From Ophelia neglecta (lineage: Eukaryota), in the NCBI GenBank assembly GCA_965285935.1, contig OZ260661.1:136772001-136836000 (forward strand): DNA of 64,000 nt, read 5' to 3'. Within the stretch, counting starts at the first letter, position 1, and every line of letters starts with the position of its first letter. Shown here one piece after another: positions 38,693 to 50,458 of the stretch. Made by a program: the position numbers and the translations under genes. A model generated the notes under the pieces. The model searched no databases. It had not been told where the DNA came from and saw nothing but the letters and a program-made list of their open reading frames with translations.

Positions 38693-39447
38693 TATTATAC
38701 AACTAAGAAACTTCTCCGAGGGGACTAGTCCAAACAATTTGCCCCGAGGGAGGTGACCAGTGAACTATTTCCCGAGACCGAAGGTCGAGGGAAATAGTTC
38801 ACTGGTCACCTCCCGAGGGGCAAATTGTTTGGACTAGTCCCCGAGGGGCAAGTTTCATAGTTGTTTTATTATACATCATTGAAAAATCTTTGCACATTTA
38901 ACATCTCTATTGGTTCTATGCTCTAGATAGATCTATAGATTGTTTTACCTATTGTTCCATTACTGCAATAAAAATGTACACCATTATATGGAAAACAATA
39001 AATGCTGCAAACCTTGCCATTATCAGATTATTCAGCTGTTATTGATGTTCCGGGATCCCGCCGCGTTTGTTTTACGTTCGAAGTAGAGCTATGCGCATGG
39101 TTTCGTATTTATTGAACCCGCGTTTTCGGCAACATAGTCCAATTTTAAACGTGCAAATATATTTGAATAATGTATATTCTTATTTATTATCTTACTTTTT
39201 ATAAACCTGAAACAATTGACTGTAGTTTGTTTGGAAAATACTAATACGACAATAAAAATGGTGGTTTCGTTAGTGAAGTGCGTAAATTAGCCACACGAGG
39301 CCGCCACTGCTAGCCATGCGCTAGTTTCACGAACTAGTCCCCGGGACTAGTTCGTGAAACTAGCGTACGGCTGGGAAACTAGGCGATTCTAACCAACACC
39401 ATTCAACCAATCACAGGGCGGGATTTTTCAATGATGTATAATAAAAC
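38693..39447 (+). mobile_element. Non-autonomous foldback element with two hairpins and an internal complementary repeat
   Basis: Hairpin 1 spans 38699-38864 (~80-bp arms) and hairpin 2 spans 39319-39365 (23-bp arms). A perfect 26-bp inverted repeat links 38863-38888 and 39422-39447. Termini carry TATTATAC and GTATAATA. No ORF. Confidence 0.8.
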
Positions 39448-40747
39448 GAGATGATGAATGGCGGTAGGTCAAGGGGATGACCTTGATTTTTACATCTCTA
39501 GTTTGATCTTGTCACAAGGAAACGCTAACTATTTCTTAGGTCCCCATAAATTGACATAGTGAATCTCTATTCACGGAAGATTTAACGGAACATTCGCAGG
39601 TAACAGTCATTGAAAACCTTTTATCCCGAATCACGGACAAACAGATGCCAAACCTTCCGGAAAATTAAAAATTAAATTTCTGGATAACGGCCAATTAAAA
39701 AGTTCGAGAATAACCGCGCCTCCTTCAATTAGTGTCACTGTGTGCTTCTAACATTTCGGCCAGAATCAAAGAGAAGATCAGAATATCAGTGTTCATTGCG
39801 GATGACGTAGGTTTGTGGGTCGAAGTCTAAAACCACATATCAAATAATCAGATATAAGTAGAGGCTGCAAAGTTAAGGATAATGCCGTAAAACATTATAA
39901 TGTCACATCGGGTAAAATTGTGTCAATGCCACTCTATTGTGTATACGTGATTTGGGTTCAATGAGGTGGGCCGTATTGGCACTTGTTCCTGTGGTAAACT
40001 ACGTCATCAGTGATGCTATCGCGTCATCGCAAAATGTTCTGCAAACATTATCGACTGGTCAGCCATTCAAGAAGTAGATAATCAGGGCAACTTTATGTTT
40101 TTAGCTGTGCCGACCAATCAAGTAAGCAGAAAAGCTTCATCTGCACTTTGATTTATGAAACTGAACCACAAAAGAGCCGTTTTACAGAATTTTGTAATAT
40201 GGTTTAATACTTTAATCAGACCCAAGACCGTGCGTAAGTTTGCACTGGGACTTGCCAATGGATTGAGAATAAGAGAAGGTGTCTGTTCAACAAAACGCGC
40301 CTCCTGACCCGAAAGTAGCAATTATCTCCCCCTGCCAAATTTGTTGGATTGTTAGTCATCTTTCCTGATTGAGCATTCTTTTAAGTAACCCCCTTATTGT
40401 GTATTGCTCACCAGCAGCTACACGGCTCACCTAAAAGCCTGAAAACCATTTAAGTAACCAGGGACACGAACGATGTTTGTATGGTCACTTTCCGCTGAGC
40501 CTGGGAATTGAATTATACGTTTCGAGCTGGGATATCTCGGCCCTGTTCTCTTCCGGATGCATCTCGTGAGGTCACCACTGGCTCGTTTGTATTGCATTCT
40601 GACTCGCAAAATGGCCGACTTTTGACTACTTCTCATTGTAAATGCTGTCACATATTTTCCAATTTCACTTCATTTGGTATTTGGGCTGGAAATTGATATG
40701 TGTTGGCCTGAGGCAGGCGGTTTCTGATCACAATGGATCGATCTTAT

Positions 40748-40860
40748 GGCCTTTTAATTAAAAGCGGAGGCTGGCGGAAGTAAAATCCGAGATTATTACA
40801 CAATAATATACCTGTATAGCCCGGTCCCTAACCCTAAACTAACCTCAGGACTAGCCAAAA
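40748..40860 (+). mobile_element. Truncated left part of a MITE related to 44597-44821
   Basis: GGCCTTTTAATTAAAAGCGGAGGC..GCGGAAGTAAAATCCGAGA and GTCCCTAACCCTAAACTAACC match the left end and core of the 44.6-kb MITE. Confidence 0.65.
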
Positions 40861-42199
40861 TAAAAGGAGGTGTCTTTGTAGGAGGACATATGGGTTTAAT
40901 GTTAGAAGTCATGAGAAGCATTAGTTGTGTTCCTAGCAACAACGCTATATTGGATGCTACTGTCCAAACAAATGACACCAGTAGGTCAAGTGACTTATCG
41001 GCAAGTATCTACTTCATTGAACACCATCTGTTCCTCTCAAAGGGATATGAACACTCTACAGTTCTATATCAGATCAGTTTGGTACCTAGATGGTTGAAAT
41101 TAACATAACACTAAGACCAGTATCCAGGCTACCATTTGGTTACATTATATGGGGTCCAGCTTGATTTATACCGCTTTGAAAATTCCTCATACAGGGCGAA
41201 CCCCCATGACTAATGAGGGTTGGGTGATTCAACCCCCATTAGGGATGAGTGATTCAAGGCGGATCAAACATCAAATACAAGTTATTAGAAGGAAAGTAAA
41301 TATTCAATAGTGGGGGAAACCCCAGGGTTTAATTTGATACAGGCACACGTTGAGTAGACTCTCCATGTGAACAGGGAACATCTGTGTTATGTTGATTCAC
41401 ATTTTAAGGGTCGGTTTAGTGATAGTTACTTTAATGAAGTAAATATATATCATATATATTCTACTGACAGCCATCATTTACAATCACATGTCTTCTAAAC
41501 TTGTAAACTAACACAGCATTTGATAAGATAAATATCTTGGGATAAAAAAAGACGTCAAGAGGAAATCTCTTGGGAATAATCTGGAAATCAGGTGAAAGCA
41601 CATTGATTGTGGTAGGGGTACCCTCATTTGTAATAAGAAATTTTCCATTGATATTGGTTAGTGTGACACCTGATGCCTAGAACGGGCAAAAAAGGGTCAG
41701 ACCACAGAATGATTGTCAACAAACTCAAACCCCTCCAAAGGAAACACGCCAGTTGTTTGAATCTATTGCCAGTTTGAAAAGACAAAAATGCTATTGCTTC
41801 GAAATATATAACGACATTGCTTGCACCTGTGGACTTGGTCTGGGCATCACTTGAACACACTTATGCAAAAAACTTGGCCTTAACGGACACGAGGGCATAT
41901 AATTTATTGAGCAACAAGTCACTGAGACCAAAAATATGCAATACAAACTGTCATGCCTATGGTTGATATATTAGTTCCCCCCTGCGTTATGTATAAATTG
42001 AAAACATAGAAGGAAAGTGATGGCACACACTCACAGAACATGTCAAGGCACAGGTGTGTGGTTGAAGACTAAGAAAAGGCCGCATTGGCGATTGCATGCA
42101 TGCCGATAGGCGCAAAATTACGAGTGGCCATTGACTTCAGTCATTCTGATTAAAAAGTGTTATTGTGAATATAATATTATATCTGTATCAGATTGATTC

Positions 42200-42780
42200 A
42201 TATTTAAAGCTTATTTCTCAACTATTGATTCACATCCAAACTTATACTTCCATATACCGATCGTTTTTGCTTTAATCCGACCTCGATGGGAAAGTAAAAA
42301 ATATGCAATCGCCGGAGTAGGTTTGACTTAGTCCCTAATGCTATTATGATGTATGCCATGCTGGGTTTAATCTTCATCTTTTGCAAAAATATCATGCACG
42401 TTTCCCATTTGCATCACGAAAGACTTTATTATATCTCTTATTATAAGCTGTGCCTTCTATCATCCATACAAGAACAATGGCCTGATATATTCTCAGTTTT
42501 ATCAGTTTCACAGAAATTTACAGAGCCTTACTGGCTGAAAACTTGTGCTCGAATTATATTTTTCCCATGTATTGCGCCAATCAACGCCATTCCAGCCACA
42601 GGGATTCCAATATAAATTTGTTTTCAAGATTATATTTTCAAATAACAAATTGTACACATCTGGATGGGTTAATATGAATTTGGGAGAATTTTGCAACTCT
42701 TTTTGTGTCCGTATTACTGTGTTTTAAGGTGATACGTATGAGGATGGTGTATCCAATACTCCGAACAGAGGTTGTTGTTA
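42200..42780 (-). pseudogene. Ancient LINE (L1/Tx1-like) ORF2 C-terminal relic
   Basis: Manual minus-strand translation gives VYNLL...GVDWRNTW, a degenerate Cys/His patch (GHCSC...HSL) and AKTIGIWKYK, in the order expected for an L1/Tx1 ORF2 end. Many stops. Confidence 0.35.
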
Positions 42781-44596
42781 AGAAACCATGCTTTCGTTAA
42801 ACACTAAACCGAGAATACAGAATCTTATTGTCCTAACAGTGAAAAAACTATATATATAAACGCCATTTCACGAACATAATACGCATATCTTCAATGTCGC
42901 ATTGGCATGGATACCGCACATAAACTCTATTGGGAGGTTATAACCAGTAGACAAAGGCACTTTGCCAAATATCGATAATTGAGGCCCCTCGGCAATGTAT
43001 TGAATTTTGCTTTGCCTTGTTTAAGTTTATCAGAACCATGTTTTTGTTGACTGAGGATGGAGCGCGAACAGCAATTATATAATTGTGTTCGTGCGTCATT
43101 CTTTGCTTCGTACGCATTTAACTTTTGCTTTGTATTGAGACCATTGTTGTAATACAGGTGGATTGATATGTTTCAAAGTTGAGATGCTTGGCATTCATAT
43201 CCAATTAAGTATGGTCATACCTTTTAAAGGGTGAACCAGTTCGTTTGCGTGTTTGTATGTCTGTGGCTTGTTGCCTCTGTATTGTCCTGTTTCTGCAAAT
43301 GTTTTTATGGATGTATTTATGTTTAAAAACAATAGGACAAAATATAAGAGGAAAAAAACTCTTTTAGTGAGGTGCTTTTGATAACGAGGTATAGTTATGA
43401 TAAATAGTTAATATGTCTCAGGTAACCAGAGTTTGTAAGCAGGTACACAGCTTATTGATACAAAATTATCCAAATAGCTTTTGTATCGTGAACAGATTTG
43501 AAAAGTTGTATTTCGCAACTACCATATAAATTGTGTGAAGATCATTGTCCTGTAGCTATACTCCAGTGAATTGCTTGCTTGCTTTCCTGAGTTGGCTAAC
43601 TTCTGAACAATTATCCTGTCAATGCTAAAACATCAGCCTGGGGGTTGGGGGTGGGGGAGGCATGTGAATTAATGAATAAAAGGTAACAAGCCTGCAAGGC
43701 AAAGCCGAAGAATGGGTTTGCGCTCCCACTTACGAATAGTTGCATTTCATTGACTTGAATTCGCAGTTGTCTACAAGGACAGTACGAAAACTCAAGGACG
43801 GATGTACATTTTCTATTATTATTCGTTAGCACTCCATTTAGGGCCTAGAAAATGAAAGTGAATCCTTGTCAGGAAATAATAAACTTATATTTCTATGGGA
43901 AAGCCCAACAATAATACTTAAATGTACTAGACTTTCATCGATATATTAAAATAGCTCTTTTATGATGGTAGAGTTTATTTCCATAAAAAAAGCACACTGA
44001 AAGCACGGTCAAGATACACCTTGCTTGGATGAACAGACGAGTATCGCCTCCAAAGCTCCACTAGCTCACTCTGCATACTCTGTGGGCTGGTATTAACAGC
44101 ATTCGAACATGTGTTTGGTATGGTACAACCATTGTGTCTACACAGGCCGGCGTTTAGCCACGTTGCGAGACTTTTACCATTATTATGTACATTAAGTTAT
44201 CCTTTGCCCAAGGCTGAACGCGTGCTACCGTTAGCACGAACTCATTGCATTAAAGGTAAATGGACGACACACTGTTTAAATATGGCGAAAACGATAGCTG
44301 TGGCTAAAAGGACATTTATAGCGAAACGATATACACTATTATTAACTTTTTAAAACAATTTTCACCCTCACTTTTCGCAACATTGTACAGAATATAAACG
44401 GGTTTGGATAGGGTTAACATTGTGTTCACATTAGAGGTCTATGCAGCACCAGCCATAGCGCTCACTTTCCCCGTTTACGCATAGACGCCTTACACGTTGG
44501 TTGGTTCTTCCCATTCGCTGGTCTATGCGTTGCGTCCTCCTAGGTATAGGTATATCATTTATATATTTTGTTGTGGTTTTTTTGGTTATATTTGTA

Positions 44597-44821
44597 GGCT
44601 TTTGATAAAAAGCGGAGGCGCGGAGCCTTACGGAGGTTAATCCCGAAATAAGAACAGAGCACTAAACCTATCAAACCTGTCCCTAACCCTTCCCCTAACC
44701 CTAAAATTAACCCTCCGTCCTAACCCTTTCCTTGCTGACGATTATTTGCTTCATGCAACTCAGAAAACTCATGACCTCCGCCTCCGCATAGCCTCCGCAC
44801 CTCCGCGTTTAATCAATAGCC
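44597..44821. mobile_element. MITE with GG termini, ~30-bp TIRs and an 8-bp TSD (Merlin/hAT-type signature)
   Basis: TIRs GGCTTTTGATAAAAAGCGGAGGCGCGGAG and CTCCGCACCTCCGCGTTTAATCAATAGCC. Perfect TSD TATTTGTA at 44589-44596 and 44822-44829. Internal CCCTAA-like repeats. Confidence 0.88.
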
Positions 44822-45448
44822 TATTTGTATTAACTGTTTGGTAGGTAGAAATTTATTTATTTATGTGTGTAGTTCTGTGGCTGCTGGTTCCTGATAATTT
44901 TGGGCCGATGTAGTGTACCATTATTGAACAATGATATGGTTTTGTCTGCCGAGTATCCTCTCCAGTAGAATGAAACGTTTATTGTGAAGACCAATGTAAA
45001 TTATTCACCAGGGTACTTCTTTGCGTGCGTTCTACCTCCATGTTCATGCTAAGAAGGAAACAACGCACGTTAAGACTTGGCTGTATATATAAACAATTTG
45101 CAAAGTAAACCTCACACTTTTCGAGCTTTCCTTTTATGAATTAGAAAATTTAAACATTTTCTATCTCTACATTCCAATCAGGTCAAATTCAGCTGGTGAA
45201 ATTGTTTATCTTTATGTATCTCTGCCCTAGAATATTTACTGGTCTAAAGCTAGCTTTTTGTTTTCGATTTTATTTTCTTTAAAACTGTTCATTTCTCAAA
45301 CGGTCGACCATTGACTAAATGATTTGGCTGTAGTCTCGAGTGACACCGATTGCAACGCGTTGTAAACAGCGGGCTGTTGGAGTTTGGGTAAAGCTTGCCA
45401 CTAGCGAACACGACAGTCTAGCGTAAGAGGTGTTTAAGAACTTACTAG

Positions 45449-45880
45449 GTGGACAATAGATCAACTGGACATGTTTGGTCGGGAAAGTCGACAGGGAGTG
45501 TGGTCTGGAAGGGCTTTGACCAGTACGTGTGTGCTAAAGATTCCTTTACGGAGAATTGCAGGGAGGAATCTTCCAAGCAATAATTCCTTGAACAGTACCA
45601 TAATTGTTGTTCTGGTCCGAGAGGCGACATTTATGATGAGGTGGTATCATTTGTGTTTGGCTAAAAATGGGCAAACCATTTGGACATGCCTAATAACAGG
45701 CTTTCCTGGGCTGTTAGTACATTCCGATGTAGAATGTCTACCATCAATATGCGACTGGTTTATGGAAAAACGCGCCTCGTCTCCTGCGAATATTAAAAAT
45801 TGCGCCAGGTTGTTGATGAACAACTGCATTACATTTACAGTTTCGATATTCTTAAAGATTTAGAGTACAGTACTTGCCAG
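45449..45880 (+). pseudogene. Degenerate LINE ORF2 C-terminal relic
   Basis: One frame with 3 stops reads KQ*FLEQY...FVFG*KWANHL...AVSTFRCRMSTINMRLVYG...SCEY*...VVDEQLHYIYSFDILKDL. This resembles the 'FR...L...G...C..C...DE.H...DLR' end of RTE-X-type ORF2 (compare 25391-25700). Confidence 0.45.
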
Positions 45881-47940
45881 GTGTCTATGCGCAGCCCTCA
45901 CTTATATAGCCTGCTGATATTGCTTAACACTTATGTCAAATCTGAATTGCTCGGATTGGCTCTGTATTGCCAAAGTAGTATAAAGGCAGGAGAGAACAGA
46001 AAGGAAACTTGTTCAGTGATAAGCCACTCCGAGTGAAACACAGCACACACCAGCAGTTAAGATTTGTATTTAGTAACAGTATTCTTACTTATTTTATCTT
46101 CTTTCATAACGTCACATGTACGCAAGCTGAGCAATTACAGGTCTAAGGAGCAGCTGCCTTATTTAACCAGGGATATAACATGTCATGTTACTGGTTCCAT
46201 TTATTGTATGCACTCAGGAATGTGCATTGATGAAAATTTGGTAGACTGGCAGCAACAGTTTTGTAAATGTCTCAGTGCACCATAATCAGGGGGAATGGTT
46301 AATTAAAATAATGTTAATGACAAATAGTATTATCCACTTGACCTCAGGGATAAATGGCCGTCTTAGAATTGCGATAGACTAATTCACCTAGTATATGTCG
46401 TCCAGAAAAAAAATTTGTTTACAGAATAGGAAGTCAAGTGGTACAGTCGTTATCAGTTTTAGCTAAAACAATATGTCTCCAAACATAACACATGTTACAG
46501 GAAACGGAGATGTTTATAAACTTTTTCGACCAAACGAGCTACTCTCATGTCGTTTCCTTACGGAACATGAATGGTGCCCGTGAATTACAATAATGATCTT
46601 ATACTACAAAATGTATTAATTGAAATCAGCATTGTCATAAAATAATTGCCAAATATTTGTTTTTATGCAGAATATTTAAAGTTTGAACTGACTTTACAAA
46701 ATTGTTCGATATTAATTCTTAACAACCCACCATCTATCAGGTCAAATGGAAAATATGCATTTAAAATGAATATAATAGTATCTGAAAGTGCCCGTCTTCA
46801 CGGAGACTTCTCACTTGAATGATGGCAGAACACTATAGAAAACGGCGCCTCGCAGCCGGAATACTCCGTAAAGCGCCTATATTTAGTATCCCGGTAAGTG
46901 ACCAATAAAGTGTTCCTGTTATCAAAAGTCATTTTGCATGGTAACCACTGACACATACAAGCAAGGCGCGTGTCCATTATGACTCCCGCTTTTGTATGAA
47001 AAAACTGAGCAGTGACAGTGTGTGGGAGGGCACTATTGAAAGAAGTCTGGGTTGCTATAAAACCTTAAAATATATTGCTTTGATTTGTGAAAGTCACCAG
47101 AGCTATCATTCGTCTAGATGCATCATTGAGCTCAGTAGCGTATTTTGTTCATTTTTACCCTTAGGATTTTTCCTGCAATCGTACTCTGCTCCTAGCTAGT
47201 TATTTTTTTTATACTATTCGACTGATATTACTTGTTATATCAGAATGTCCGAGGCCCAAACACATTGTAGGTTCAGATATTATCCAAATTAAATTCGTAT
47301 AAATTATTATACATAAAGATGGGCAACAGCCGCTGATTTTCTTGGATCCGTTGTTAGGGGTCTCCTATCATTGTCAGTTATATGTATAGATCTGTCTACC
47401 AATGCAAAGGTTAACATTTATATCACTAAATTGTCAACTTCGTGGTTCTAGTTGTCAAATTTGTCCAAAGTAAATAATGTACCAACTACCAATCGATAAT
47501 TAAAAGTTATCTGATACGAATAAAATACGTAGAATATGTATTAAGATACGTAACATATTCATTAATGAAATATGATATAATGATATAACAATATAGCAAA
47601 CTATATGAATGTTCTACCAATTGCTATGATAATGAAGGTTCCCTACCGCCGGAACTATTGCGAACAAAAGATGCGAACAATTCTTTGCGTAATGTTTACC
47701 CTAGGCTATTTTTCCCTTGGCACTTTTGCACGGTTTGCCCTGTTTATTTAATAGTCTATAGTCATCCGTGTCCTGTGGTGGTGTGATCATATGACCTAAG
47801 CGAACTGGTGAATGGGCAAACATACATGTTGGTTATTGAAGACATAAGCAGGATGCCAAATAAATCATGCAAAGCGTCCACTTCACAGGCTGCTTACAGG
47901 GTTACTTTTATTCAGATGACTTCAAAATGGGCAATTTAGC

Positions 47941-48165
47941 GGCTTTGTGTTAACAGCGAACGCGAAAGGTGCGGCGAAAGCAACATTGGTAGCACAATAA
48001 TCTTTAATATCCGTCATTTTATAACCCAACCCTTACCCAAACATCTCGGTTAAGTTCTTGATACAAGGGGGTAAGGGTAGGGTTATTACTGTGATCATGC
48101 TAGCTCATTTTAAGAGGCCCAGCTGCTTTCGCCGCAGCTTTGGCTTTCGCCGTTAACACAAAGCC
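47941..48165. mobile_element. MITE with GG termini, absent from the paralogous site (~57636-57645)
   Basis: TIRs GGCTTTGTGTTAACAGCGAA and TTCGCCGTTAACACAAAGCC, with further subterminal inverted GCGGCGAAAGCA / TGCTTTCGCCGC. Degenerate 8-bp flanks AATTTAGC / CTTTTGGC. Empty site in copy 2. Confidence 0.85.
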
Positions 48166-49602
48166 CTTTTGGCGGGTCAGTCGTTCAAAGTAGATAAGTT
48201 ATGGTGTGGCTTGCGTGTTTTTCTCTCGATGGAGTGATTATTCATATCCACTGATCAGCAGGGGCGATTTCATAAATGGCATTTAAGTAAAAGAAATGCG
48301 ATATTGAAAACAATGTATCCTGCTTGAGGCTTACAAATGAAGTGTTGCACATCAGTTACAGGCCTACATGTATAACTCCCTGTTAGATAACTGTCAAAAA
48401 GAATAATGAACCGAGAAAAAATGGCGAATAAAAAGCTAATAAAACTAGCAATGACAAACAATCGACTGTTTTCAAAAATGGGAATCAGACCAAAGAACCC
48501 GCAAATCTTTGTGCTCAACGAAGCAGGATGGTGAAATGTTCCCTTGGAGCAACTTCCATGAACTTAGTGCATGAATTTTGTTGAGTATTCTCCACTGAAT
48601 CTTGTCAAAAGAGGGTCGTCAATTGGTCCTTGCAATCTGAAGAGAGTAAACGATCCTGAAAATCCTAGTGTTATGAAATTTTGTTAACTGGGTAAGATAA
48701 ACCAGTCGATTCTTTAAATTTATTTTTTGTAAGCCCAAATTGAAGGCAAACAAGGAAGATTACAATAAAGAGTCATCAGTGGTGCATTGACTGCCCTTTA
48801 CAGTGTGACTAACTTGTTTAAGGCCCCACAGTCTTCGTGGCGCGTGCTTAAATCTGTCCTCCCTTTACAACTGTTTTTTTAAGTGATATTTTTTCTCACT
48901 ACAAGATAACTTGCTGTTGTGGTATCGATGGTTAATGTGTGTAGCTGCTGATGGATGCCGCTGACTGCTTTTCTTTAGTAATAACTTTGCTTTGTCTGTT
49001 GGGCATCCAGTCCTGTTTTTAGGTTAACTGAGAGAATGGTATTTCTGTATACTAGGTCATAAGTGGAACAACCGGGAGGGTTCATAACCATGTGACACAA
49101 ATTTTGACATCAGGGCTGTATCCCATTTGTACACACAGAGAACAGCACATGCTGTACATAGGCCTGGTCATAAGCGTATTTTATTTTATTCTACTTGATG
49201 GCTTTCTTCACAACCAAGTTCTACAATTACAGAACCAGGAATAAACAGGATCCAAAAAGTTAAGCCGAAGTATAAATTATGTATACTTTTTTTTTATTTA
49301 TCCAAATGTGAGCGCGATTGACTCTATTGTTACACAGTGCAAACCTCGAAAACACCAGTCGAACAACCTAATACTGGCCTTTAGTGAAAATCCAATGAGG
49401 TAAAAAGCCGACAACTAAGAAAAGAACCAAGGTTTCAAGTTTTCTAATAGTGCTTCCGATTTTGGAATAGGATGTAGATATCCACCCCTTCGATCCTGTC
49501 TGTTTCCAAATCAGTTGCGTATATCTGTAATGCACAATAGCCCATGTTGAACAAACGAAAAAATTACAATTGCTATAGTAATTATAGCAAAAAAATAATA
49601 CT

Positions 49603-49674
49603 TGACCCCGACGTGATTTGAACACGCAAGCTTCTGATCTGGAGTCAGACGCGCTACCGTTTCGCCACAGAGTC
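49603..49674 (-). tRNA. trnW-CCA: tRNA-Trp(CCA) variant, probable pseudogene (C6T, C13A, G46C relative to the paralog)
   Basis: GACTCTGTGGCGAAACGGTAGCGCGTCTGACTCCAGATCAGAAGCTTGCGTGTTCAAATCACGTCGGGGTCA, followed by a T7 Pol III terminator. Confidence 0.85.
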
Positions 49675-50169
49675 AATCGAAATTTTCATCTGAAATTTAG
49701 ACCATAGTTATGGATTACACTATAACAAGAGAAATAAAACGGGAGCTGATACACTGCAGAAAAGAACAAATCATTTTTCGAGAATATGTTCTATACATCC
49801 AGAGATGCAATGATTCCAGCATGATGAAATATTTGTATTTATGTCTAAATGTTATATGCAATTCCATAGCAAGTTCAATTAAATATTAACCTTTATTAGC
49901 CATGATTGTGTTTTGTATTATTAACCTGGGTAACTATATGTTCGTTGTACGACTCTGGATCGAGGCTTGTTGCCTATTATTAATTGTACGTTAATCTGTG
50001 CCCAAGAATTTGATTTAAGAATATAGGAATTTAAATTAAATTCATCATATTGATATTTGAACGTTTCATATTTTCCAAAATTCATCAATTCTTGTGGCAA
50101 GTGATACCAAATCGTTTACGAATAATGTTGATTCTTTTACTTTTGGGGTTTAACGACAAGTAAGCACAT

Positions 50170-50458
50170 GGGGCCGTCTGTAAACCGTAGGTTGCAGGTG
50201 TGCACGTGGTAGGTGTTTCAGGTGAAAGTTGCAAGTGCTGCAGTTTGAAGTTGCAAGGTGCTAAAGGTGCTGCAGGTGGAAGTTGCAGGTGCTGCAGATT
50301 GAAGTTGCAGGTGCTGCAGATGGCACCACCCTAACCCAGACATCCCTATTTTGTTTTTGATAGAATTGGATAAGGGTGGGGTTATTATTGTGTTCATATA
50401 AGCCCAATTTATGATGCCATGCGGCTTTCGCCGAAGCTTTCGCCGTTAACACAAACCC
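50170..50458. mobile_element. Composite MITE-like element with an internal ~22-bp minisatellite (paralog ~59963-60228)
   Basis: Right end GCTTTCGCCGAAGCTTTCGCCGTTAACACAAACCC matches the right TIR of 47941-48165. Left half is unrelated: GGGCCGTCTGTAAACCG followed by GAAGTTGCAGGTGCTGCAG repeats. Confidence 0.65.

Noticed and set aside
48270-48645. Possible exon or RT relic on the minus strand (CTCTCTTCAG acceptor-like site, FDKIQWRIL)
   Set aside because: All frames contain stops, the frame is not preserved in the paralog, and a single weak motif is not enough.
49368-49676. 102-aa minus-strand ORF
   Set aside because: It overlaps the tRNA-Trp gene and is an incidental frame.
50220-50322. Regular GAAGTTGCAGGTGCTGCAG repeats considered as a CRISPR-like array
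   Set aside because: There are no unique spacers and no cas genes, and the context is eukaryotic. It is a minisatellite.
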